Positions 1 through 6,068 of a stretch of 64,000 bases of DNA are shown here, piece by piece; within the stretch, counting starts at the first letter, position 1; every line of letters starts with the position of its first letter. The translations under genes were made by a program, and so were the position numbers. The notes beneath the pieces were generated by a model. The model ran no database searches. It had not been told where the DNA came from and worked only from the letters and a program-made list of their open reading frames with translations. Origin of the DNA: Eubacteriales bacterium (GTDB lineage: Bacteria > Bacillota > Clostridia > Oscillospirales > CAG-272); the NCBI GenBank assembly GCA_045649045.1, contig JAZRPF010000043.1, positions 459 through 64,458 on the forward strand, given 5' to 3'.

Positions 1-1162
1 GCATAACATTCGCTATTGCCTTTTTGACCTCCTTTTGCCGTTCCATCAGATTGGCAATCTCGGTCTGTCTGACGTCGCCCTTTTGGAAGTCGAGCACCTG
101 CTGCACGATCCACTCCATCACATTCGGTTGGAGGATATACTGACGGATTGCTTTTGCAATCTCACCCTCTAAAAAGTCGCGTCGAATGGCTTTTTTGTTG
201 CACGTTCCGTTGGTGCGCTTTTCGTTACAAATATAGTAATAGTGGCTGTCGCCGTTCTTGCTCGTTCCCGACATTCCTATCATATGGGATTTGCATTTTC
301 CGCAGAACAGCTTGCCTGTCAAAAGGTAGATGCCGTCGTCGGCTCTCTTGCGCCCCTGTGGGTTTTTCTTTGTTTTCATAATCCTTTGTACCCGGTCAAA
401 CAGGCTCCTTTCTATGATTACAGGCATACCGCCCTCAATGCGCACGTCATTGAATATATAAACGCCTGTGTAGCGCTCGTTATGGAGAATGGTAAAGAAA
501 GAGCTTTTCCCCCATTCGTTTCCGTTCTTGGTCTTGATGCCGCGTCTGTTCAGGTCCTCGCTGATTTCCACGAACTTCTCACCGTTGGCAATGCGATTGA
601 ATATCTCCTGCACAATGGGAGCTCGCGTTTCGTCTATGGCAAACTTGCCGTCCTCTCCCGTCTTGTAGCCGTACGGCGCGGGTCCGTTGGCGCGGCAGTT
701 CAGAGCGTTGTCGGCTTGGTTGCGCTTGATGTCCTCTGCCATATTCTCCGAGAAGAATTGGTTTACGTTCATCATCGTGCGGAGAGCGAAGCGCCCTGCG
801 GCATTGTTGCCGAACTCTTCCTTTGCATATACAACCTTGATGCCGAGCTTTTCCATCTCGTTTTCAAACATAAGCGCATTGAGGATATTTCGCGCTATAC
901 GGTTGGATTTGTATGCGATAATGTAATTGAAGCCGCCCTTCTGTGCCTCGCGTTGCAACTTCTGAAATTGCGGTCTACGGTCAGTTCTGCCGGTCTTTGC
1001 GCTATCAGAGTAAACGCCAACGATCTTGATGCCCGAGAGGGCGGCAAAAGCCTTGCACTCGGCGACCTGCTGCTCTATACTTTCCTCACGCTGATTGTGC
1101 GACGAAAAGCGAGCGTATATGACGCCCGTGGCTTCGGGTGTGTTTATCGGTTTGCGTGCCAC
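1..1162 (-). CDS. Large serine recombinase (N-terminal ~387 aa; C-terminus lies left of the window)
   Basis: Own minus-strand translation; absent from the ORF track because it runs off the edge. Sequence VARKPINTPEATGVIYARFSSHNQREESIEQQ... is a resolvase catalytic domain with the YARFSS serine motif. It continues into a recombinase domain (...NGPAPYGYK...) and a Cys-rich zinc ribbon (CGKCKSH...YYICNEKRTNGTCN). GTG start at 1160-1162, with AAGGAGG 7 nt upstream. The + ORF 242..1276 is its antisense shadow. Confidence 0.9.
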   Translation of the reverse strand, partial: MARKPINTPEATGVIYARFSSHNQREESIEQQVAECKAFAALSGIKIVGVYSDSAKTGRTDRRPQFQKLQREAQKGGFNYIIAYKSNRIARNILNALMFENEMEKLGIKVVYAKEEFGNNAAGRFALRTMMNVNQFFSENMAEDIKRNQADNALNCRANGPAPYGYKTGEDGKFAIDETRAPIVQEIFNRIANGEKFVEISEDLNRRGIKTKNGNEWGKSSFFTILHNERYTGVYIFNDVRIEGGMPVIIERSLFDRVQRIMKTKKNPQGRKRADDGIYLLTGKLFCGKCKSHMIGMSGTSKNGDSHYYYICNEKRTNGTCNKKAIRRDFLEGEIAKAIRQYILQPNVMEWIVQQVLDFQKGDVRQTEIANLMERQKEVKKAIANVM

Positions 1163-1177
1163 AAGCTCGCCTCCTTA

Positions 1178-1765
1178 TTAGTTTTTCTTTTCGTATGTTA
1201 CGACGAGCCCCTCGTCCGGGTGATAAGTCCAACTCACCTTTACTCTATCATTTTCATCGTATTGCCGCCCATCTAATGCGCGTGTTTCAATCATCTTCTG
1301 ATATAAAGCACTTGAAAAGCCAAGCTCTCTATTTATGTCTTGTATCGCATCGGCGGCTTCTGTGTAGTAAAAATGGTCCCTGTTGCTTGGGTTGGTGTCT
1401 ATCTTCAAATAGCTATTATCGTCCGCGATATCACACCAATACTCGTATTGGTATTCTGAAAAGTCTTTTTTGAAATTGACAGGTTTGTTTGTGTCAAGAA
1501 AAATACAAATCAAGATAACAAGTGTGAGAACCCCCACTATAATTAAAAAGGATTTTTTATTGAATGCTTTTAGCTCGGTATCACGCTCGGTCGCGTCCTC
1601 GGTAACTCTTTGTCTTTTGTTATTTAACGCTATCAGATATATAGCAACCGCAACAGCTAATACAAACAGGACTATTAAATACATAGTTGAACTTACCTTT
1701 CTTGTAAAAAAATTTGTTGAAAAAACGGAGAGTACGACGAATAAAGCTGAAAGAGATTTTTTCAT
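1178..1765 (-). CDS. Hypothetical membrane protein, co-transcribed with the recombinase
   Basis: ORF track 1178..1810. Start at MKKSLSALFVVLSVF (signal/TM-like), followed by two more hydrophobic segments. Stops 16 nt before the recombinase start. Alternative start at 1684 (MYLIVLF) has a better RBS (GAAAGG). A TTGACA-18-TATAAT promoter lies on the minus strand at 1804..1775. Confidence 0.5.
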   Translation of the reverse strand: MKKSLSALFVVLSVFSTNFFTRKVSSTMYLIVLFVLAVAVAIYLIALNNKRQRVTEDATERDTELKAFNKKSFLIIVGVLTLVILICIFLDTNKPVNFKKDFSEYQYEYWCDIADDNSYLKIDTNPSNRDHFYYTEAADAIQDINRELGFSSALYQKMIETRALDGRQYDENDRVKVSWTYHPDEGLVVTYEKKN

Positions 1766-1908
1766 AGTACCCCAATTATAAATTATAATGTATTTTCTTG
1801 TCAATATCAAGCGAATGTTATAAAATCACATATCCGTGACAAATAGTCGCAAATGTGTTATAATGGTTATACTGCCGGCAGCAACTCTACGAAAGGAGCA
1901 AGGCAATT

Positions 1909-2061
1909 ATGGAAGAAAAGAAAACTACATACTTGGAGCAGAAGACAGACGATCAGACCAGTGTGGACTTGACCGAGGCTGCCGATCTTTTCTCGCGGCT
2001 AAAACCGGATATACAGGATGCTATTATAGAAGTGTTGCGAAAAATGCTTGATAAGCAATGA
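1909..2061 (+). CDS. Small acidic hypothetical protein (50 aa), not in the ORF track
   Basis: MEEKKTTYLEQKTDDQTSVDLTEAADLFSRLKPDIQDAIIEVLRKMLDKQ. AAAGGAG RBS lies 8 nt upstream and the hairpin terminator follows directly. The track ORF 1836..2051 is in another frame and lacks an RBS. Confidence 0.4.
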   Translation: MEEKKTTYLEQKTDDQTSVDLTEAADLFSRLKPDIQDAIIEVLRKMLDKQ

Positions 2062-2068
2062 TACTCCG

Positions 2069-2098
2069 TCCACCGTCATTTATGGCGGTGGATTTTTT
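2069..2098. terminator. Bidirectional rho-independent terminator
   Basis: TCCACCG-N10-CGGTGGA stem followed by TTTTTT. Sits between convergent genes 1909..2061 (+) and 2098..2520 (-). Confidence 0.6.
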
Positions 2099-2520
2099 CA
2101 ATGCGTGCTTTCCAAAGTGGTGTCTGTTTGCTCGCCTGCGTTGTTACAAACAGGGCAAACAAACGCTCTGTTTCCCGCGTAAACTTTTAATTCAGTATTG
2201 CAATAGGGGCAATTTCCTATTTGCGATAAACGCTTGAATTTGAAGTACTGCATAAAGCACCAAAATCCAACGATTATAAAAATCACACCGACAAAAACTG
2301 CGACCAACGGAATTCCTACGGCAATACAAGCAATACCGCCTATCAATTCTCCGTTGGCTTTTTTCTTATCCTCTGCCGCCAAAGTAGGAACTGAAAGAGT
2401 ACACACTTTTTTCTCAAAGGGTTCGTTTTCGTAGGTGTTCATCACATACCCACAATGCGGGCAGGAGGTAGCGGTCGTTGATATTTCTCTTGTGCATTCG
2501 GGACATTTAATAAGTGCCAT
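2098..2520 (-). CDS. Double zinc-ribbon membrane protein
   Basis: CPEC...CPHCG at the N-terminus, a central TM segment (IGGIACIAVGIPLVAVFVGVIFIIVGFW), and CPYC...CPVC at the C-terminus. Confidence 0.7.
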   Translation of the reverse strand: MALIKCPECTREISTTATSCPHCGYVMNTYENEPFEKKVCTLSVPTLAAEDKKKANGELIGGIACIAVGIPLVAVFVGVIFIIVGFWCFMQYFKFKRLSQIGNCPYCNTELKVYAGNRAFVCPVCNNAGEQTDTTLESTH

Positions 2521-2532
2521 ATTCTCTCCTTT

Positions 2533-2820
2533 TTATTCGGACAAAAGTCCTTTCATTTGTGCTATCAGCATCTTTTGCTGTTCAAGGGTTAACTGAGTAA
2601 ATAGATTTAGAAAATCAATGGTTTTACTATCCGCAGAATTAAGTCCTGTCATTTGATCCAAAGATGCTCCAAGTTCATCCGCAATCTCACAAGCTTCTGA
2701 CAAAGAAATCGGAACAAGACCGTTTGAAACGGATTCAAGACGATGAACGTCAACCCCAGAAGCTTCAATGTCTGCTTTATCTACCATTGCCAATTCTTGT
2801 GATAGCCTTTCCTTTGACAT
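2533..2820 (-). CDS. XRE-like helix-turn-helix protein
   Basis: ...HRLESVSNGLVPISLSEACEIADELGASLDQMTGL resembles the C-terminal half of Cro/C1-type HTH domains. Lies 12 nt upstream of the Zn-ribbon gene. Confidence 0.55.
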   Translation of the reverse strand: MSKERLSQELAMVDKADIEASGVDVHRLESVSNGLVPISLSEACEIADELGASLDQMTGLNSADSKTIDFLNLFTQLTLEQQKMLIAQMKGLLSE

Positions 2821-3022
2821 TCTAAATAGCTATGACGGCTATCTCGCTCAGGCGAAATTGGCGGAGGCTGAACAGAAAACAATTCCTGATCTGTTGCAGC
2901 AGGTAACGAGACTCGCACAGGAAAAGGTGGAGTTGAACGGCAAGGTTGAAAGCCTGGAACTTCAGCTCACCGATACACAGATGGCTCTTTGTGATGTATA
3001 TGAACTTGCATTGGGAGGTTAA
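2768..3022 (+). pseudogene. Possible 3' fragment of a phage coiled-coil (tail/fibre-associated) gene without a credible start
   Basis: The frame encodes ...AEAEQKTIPDLLQQVTRLAQEKVELNGKVESLELQLTDTQMALCDVYELALGG. Its 5' part overlaps the start of the divergent HTH gene. No in-frame ATG with an RBS; only a weak TTG. Confidence 0.3.
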
Positions 3023-3025
3023 TCT

Positions 3026-3145
3026 ATGGAAAAGGTTTATGCAGAACTGATCCGCAAGGGTCGAAAGAGAATTGAAGATGTTCCGCAGGCGCTTCGCGAA
3101 AATGTGCTTGCAATTTTGGAAGAGCAAGGGGTTGAGGGCTCATGA
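3026..3145 (+). CDS. Small phage-associated protein (39 aa), paralog 1
   Basis: MEKVYAELIRKGRKRIEDVPQALRENVLAILEEQGVEGS, with a GGAGG RBS. Below the 60-aa cut-off of the ORF track. From memory it resembles the small 'CD1375-like' proteins of clostridial prophage late regions. Confidence 0.6.
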   Translation: MEKVYAELIRKGRKRIEDVPQALRENVLAILEEQGVEGS

Positions 3146-3198
3146 GTAGCCTTCGATTCTTTCTTTTATCTATCCTGTTGAGAAAGGAGGTAGCAACG

Positions 3199-3318
3199 AT
3201 GGCAGTTGTATATGCTACGCTGATTGTTAAGGGCAAGAAAACTCTTGATCAGGTACCCGCTCTTATTAGAAAGCAGGTCGAAGATATCCTTGCCGATCTC
3301 GAAGTAACGGTTGAGTAA
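3199..3318 (+). CDS. Small phage-associated protein (39 aa), paralog 2
   Basis: MAVVYATLIVKGKKTLDQVPALIRKQVEDILADLEVTVE, with a GAAAGGAGG RBS. Same length and shared pattern (VYA-LI-KG----VP---R--V--IL) as 3026..3145. Confidence 0.65.
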   Translation: MAVVYATLIVKGKKTLDQVPALIRKQVEDILADLEVTVE

Positions 3319-3340
3319 TAGCCACTCAACACGAAAAAGC

Positions 3341-3364
3341 GCAACCAAAACAGGTTGCTTTTTT
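3341..3364 (+). terminator. Rho-independent terminator
   Basis: GCAACC-aaaaca-GGTTGC followed by TTTTTT. A second hairpin with the same stem (CGCAACC...GGTTGCG) follows at 3369-3388. Confidence 0.6.
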
Positions 3365-3416
3365 GAAACGCAACCTTAAACGGTTGCGCAGATCAACATA
3401 AAAGAGAGGTACAAAG

Positions 3417-3539
3417 ATGGACGGAAATACAATCGCAGCGGAACTCTTCGTCGGCATCATACTGCTCTTGGTCGGCGCAGTTATATGGATCACTACTCAA
3501 CAGGCGAAATCTCACTCGATTATGCTCTCAGCGTTATAA
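3417..3539 (+). CDS. Small single-TM protein (40 aa)
   Basis: MDGNTIAAELFVGIILLLVGAVIWITTQQAKSHSIMLSAL, with an AGAGAGG RBS. Not in the ORF track. Confidence 0.4.
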   Translation: MDGNTIAAELFVGIILLLVGAVIWITTQQAKSHSIMLSAL

Positions 3540-3739
3540 CGAGCTATCTCGGACATATGAAGCATTGCGATTGTGATGCCCTGCGGAATAAAGTGCTGGA
3601 CGACTTTGTGTTGGTACGGCACTATGCCGAAGAAAATTCAATATCACGCCCCGACATCTGATCGGGCGTTAGAGCCACGGTGAAAACCGCGGCTTTTTTA
3701 TTGCAAAGGACGCGACAATACAATATCGGAGGTGCAGAG

Positions 3740-4270
3740 TTGATAACTTGGCAGTCATTCATTGATACTTTTGGCAACATCACAGTTCTTGATGTTGCTA
3801 TTTTTATAGCGGCGATAGTATTCTTGGTCTTGATTTATCGCAAGGTCAAAGATTATCTTATCAAAAAACACGACGCGGATAAGCTCCGCGATGAACAGTT
3901 GCAGGAGGCTTTAACGGCCGTACGGAAATATCCCGAATACCGCAAGCAAAGTATTCAGATCCAACACGAGCTTGAAGACGAAAACTGCGCGGTCAGAAAG
4001 GATATCCAGGCACTCACCAAGCGCATTGAAAAAATGGAAGAGGACACCAAGCGCCGTGAGCGAAATAAGATCCGCGACAGGCTCTTGCAGAATTACAGGT
4101 ATTATACCAATACCGAAACCAATCCCACGCAATCGTGGACGAGGATGGAAGCAGACGCATTTTGGGAACTCTTCAAAGAATACGAAGAGAACGGCGGCGA
4201 CGGATATATGCACTCCGAAGTTCAGCCGGCAATGAACAAGCTCACCATCATAGAACACGAAACCAAATGA
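3740..4270 (+). CDS. Membrane-anchored coiled-coil protein
   Basis: Track ORF 3680..4270. I prefer the TTG start at 3740, which has GGAGG 7 nt upstream and lies after a hairpin plus T6 at ~3671-3697. N-terminal TM (VLDVAIFIAAIVFLVLIY) is followed by a charged coiled-coil-like region. Confidence 0.55.
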   Translation: MITWQSFIDTFGNITVLDVAIFIAAIVFLVLIYRKVKDYLIKKHDADKLRDEQLQEALTAVRKYPEYRKQSIQIQHELEDENCAVRKDIQALTKRIEKMEEDTKRRERNKIRDRLLQNYRYYTNTETNPTQSWTRMEADAFWELFKEYEENGGDGYMHSEVQPAMNKLTIIEHETK

Positions 4271-4329
4271 TAATTAGCGGGTGCGCAACGCTGATTATAA
4301 ATACCAAAAAAGAAAAGAGGTAACCCCAA

Positions 4330-4671
4330 ATGTTGAACTATTCAGCAATCCCCGTAATCGTGGTTATTTGCTACATTGCAATCACCGCGATCAAGACCAC
4401 CAAGATCAACAGCAAATTCTATCCGTTGATCTCCTGCATCCTCGGCGCACTTCTCGCGGCGGCGATGTTCTTCATCTTTCCCGAATTCATTGGCGCGGCA
4501 ACGCTTACCGCGGCAATTATCTCGGGAGCTGTGTCCGGACTCGCGGCAACAGGTACCAATCAGGTATTCAAGCAGTTGCTTAAAGCAGCCGAGAACGGCG
4601 AGGATCTGTCGAAGGTAAATACTACATCTACTGCACCTACCGACACAGGCGGCTCAACCGATACAAAGTAA
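4330..4671 (+). CDS. Putative phage holin (3 TM)
   Basis: Three hydrophobic segments and a polar, charged C-terminal tail. ...GAVSGLAATGTNQVFKQLLK resembles holin families of Firmicutes phages. Located after the small phage genes. Confidence 0.6.
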   Translation: MLNYSAIPVIVVICYIAITAIKTTKINSKFYPLISCILGALLAAAMFFIFPEFIGAATLTAAIISGAVSGLAATGTNQVFKQLLKAAENGEDLSKVNTTSTAPTDTGGSTDTK

Positions 4672-4687
4672 CCTCATATTAAAGAAA

Positions 4688-4727
4688 TCCCCTTGGCAAG
4701 CACAACGCTCGTCAAGGGGATTTTTTC
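4688..4727 (+). terminator. Rho-independent terminator after the holin gene
   Basis: TCCCCTTG...CAAGGGGA stem followed by TTTTTT. Confidence 0.7.
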
Positions 4728-4798
4728 TTTTATGCCGTTATCTGTGTTCGCTCGTCCCTCTCGCGTGTTGCAACGCGTTTTTCGGGGCTCTGCGAGGG

Positions 4799-4993
4799 TT
4801 ATCTACTGTATTCCTCGCACCACTCTTTCATTTCCTCAATAGTCTCGGACTCATTCTCTGTGAGGTTCATATTCCCGATGTCCTCGTGATGTGTGCTAAG
4901 CCAGCAGGCGAGCGTAGGATATTCGCGGAAGTTTTCCTTGCACTCCTTTTCACTTAATTCGTATACACTATAAAGTCCAATTTTTTCTACCAA
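4799..4993 (-). CDS. Small acidic hypothetical protein (uncertain)
   Basis: C-terminal part of track ORF 4799..5215, with a TTG start at 4993: LVEKIGLYSVYELSEKECKENFREYPTLACWLSTHHEDIGNMNLTENESETIEEMKEWCEEYSR. No clear RBS. Confidence 0.3.
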   Translation of the reverse strand: MVEKIGLYSVYELSEKECKENFREYPTLACWLSTHHEDIGNMNLTENESETIEEMKEWCEEYSR

Positions 4994-5003
4994 AATCAGA
5001 ATT

Positions 5004-5192
5004 ATGCGTGTAAAGCGTGGAAACCTCTCCGAGAGGGACTTGGCGGCAAGAATGGGCGATACTCCGCAGAACTTGAATAACAAAATGAAACGCGACGATT
5101 TCAAGGAGAGCGAGCTGCGCAAGATCGCAGATGCGCTCGGTGCGGACTTGGTTATTAAATTCATCGACCGCGAAACAGGAGAAGAAATATAA
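5004..5192 (+). CDS. XRE-family HTH protein, possibly 5'-truncated
   Basis: MRVKRGNLSERDLAARMGDTPQNLNNKMKRDDFKESELRKIADALGADL. The first helix of a typical Cro/C1 domain seems to be missing and there is no Shine-Dalgarno (SD) sequence before the ATG. Confidence 0.55.
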   Translation: MRVKRGNLSERDLAARMGDTPQNLNNKMKRDDFKESELRKIADALGADLVIKFIDRETGEEI

Positions 5193-5242
5193 AAGGAAAA
5201 TCCCCCGAGCCGCAAAGAGCAGTTCGGGGGATTGGAACATAG

Positions 5243-5506
5243 TCAATCGTCATATTTATGTATTGGTGCGCCCGTACGAGTTTTGGTCTTGGGGTAATGG
5301 TCGGGTACTCTGATAATGATTTCAGATAGCTCGCAGTCAAGGGCCTCGCATATCAGATCGAGGTGTTCCAGGTTAACTCGCTCCGCAATCTCGTGATAGA
5401 TCTCATTTATTGTAGTTGGTCTTATCCCGGTAGCGCGAGCAAGGTCTGCTTGGGTCCAACGAAGCTCGCCCAGCTTCTTAGACAAGAGAATTCTAATCAT
5501 AACCAT
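5243..5506 (-). CDS. XRE/Cro-C1 family transcriptional regulator
   Basis: MVMIRILLSKKLGELRWTQADLARATGIRPTTINEIYHEIAERVNLEHLDLICEALDC. AAAGGAG RBS before the ATG at 5506. The track ORF extends spuriously to 5689. Confidence 0.8.
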   Translation of the reverse strand: MVMIRILLSKKLGELRWTQADLARATGIRPTTINEIYHEIAERVNLEHLDLICEALDCELSEIIIRVPDHYPKTKTRTGAPIHKYDD

Positions 5507-5563
5507 GCTCCTTTCGTTAAATTCTAACAGTTTTTTATCGTTTTCGCTTGGTTTTGTTAGAAA

Positions 5564-5580
5564 ATAACGAAATGCGTTAT
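5564..5580. promoter_or_regulatory. Inverted repeat ATAACG-N5-CGTTAT, candidate operator upstream of the XRE gene
   Basis: Perfect 6-bp arms about 60 nt upstream of the 5506 start. Confidence 0.3.
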
Positions 5581-5620
5581 GAAAATGAAAATAGAAACGC
5601 AAAATAATCGGTGGAATAAC

Positions 5621-5656
5621 AAAAAAGACTATCGCAGTAAGACGATAGTCTTTTTT
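5621..5656. terminator. Bidirectional terminator (ends the tRNA-Met/Glu transcript)
   Basis: AAAAAAGACTATCG...CGATAGTCTTTTTT, with a perfect 14-nt arm including A/T runs on both sides. Confidence 0.75.
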
Positions 5657-5757
5657 GTTATTCATTGTGCAGACAAAACGAGAGGGCAAAGACTGTGCCT
5701 ACAACGGTGATAGCAACACCAGGGCAAACTATCTTTGTGTGTTCGTCTTGTCCAATT

Positions 5758-5832
5758 TGGTGACCCGTACGGGAATCGAACCCATGTTACAGCCGTGAAA
5801 GGGCCGTGTCTTAACCTCTTGACCAACGGGCC
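5758..5832 (-). tRNA. tRNA-Glu (anticodon UUC), CCA encoded
   Basis: GGCCCGTTGGTCAAGAGGTTAAGACACGGCCCTTTCACGGCTGTAACATGGGTTCGATTCCCGTACGGGTCACCA. Clean cloverleaf, near-identical to the Bacillus tRNA-Glu as I remember it. Confidence 0.95.
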
Positions 5833-5909
5833 TGGTAGCGGAAGTCGGACTTGAACCAACGACCTGTCGGGTATGAACCGAATGCTCTAGCCAACTGAGC
5901 TATTCCGCC
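5833..5909 (-). tRNA. tRNA-Met, elongator type (anticodon CAU), CCA encoded
   Basis: GGCGGAATAGCTCAGTTGGCTAGAGCATTCGGTTCATACCCGACAGGTCGTTGGTTCAAGTCCGACTTCCGCTACCA. The anticodon loop TTCATAC and G1-U72 match elongator Met. A tRNA-Ile2 (lysidine) identity is not strictly excluded. Confidence 0.9.
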
Positions 5910-5941
5910 ATATGAACTTCCTACGCTTTAAGCGCTTGTAT

Positions 5942-5970
5942 ATTATAACACGCCAAAATCATTTTGTCAA
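5942..5970 (-). promoter_or_regulatory. Consensus sigma-A promoter of the tRNA-Met/Glu operon
   Basis: Minus strand reads TTGACA-17 nt-TATAAT with TGt extended -10. Lies about 30 nt upstream of tRNA-Met. Confidence 0.8.
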
Positions 5971-6068
5971 CACCTTTTTCAAAAAAAATTGATGATTTTT
6001 TTGCTGATGAGATAGCAGGTATCTGCCATCAAAAATGCCACGCCAAAAACAATTCGGCGCGGCATTTT

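Larger units (their letters stand above)
1..5656. mobile_element. Recombinase-bearing, phage-like accessory region (left end outside the window; right limit approximate)
   Basis: Contains a serine recombinase, XRE-type regulators, holin-like and small phage-type genes. Visibly more AT-rich than the feoAB side. Ends just before the terminator and 3' side of the tRNA-Met/Glu pair. Confidence 0.5.

Noticed and set aside
242-1276. 344-aa plus-strand ORF, the longest track ORF in the first kilobase
   Set aside because: It is the antisense shadow of the serine recombinase gene. The protein sequence is low-complexity and unrecognisable, and there is no RBS. The minus strand translates into a textbook resolvase/recombinase.
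1836-2051. 71-aa track ORF
   Set aside because: No RBS and an odd composition. A different frame (1909..2061) has an AAAGGAG RBS and ends right at the terminator.
3557-3661. 34-codon ORF MKHCDCDALRNKVLDDFVLVRHYAEENSISRPDI
   Set aside because: No RBS and no recognisable features, so it is not reported as a gene.
5725-5750. CAGGGCAAAC string resembling the 5' core of c-di-GMP-I (GEMM) riboswitches
   Set aside because: Only a 10-nt match. The partner GGGACGCAAAGCC half is absent. On the plus strand it would run antisense into the tRNA genes, with no regulated gene downstream.
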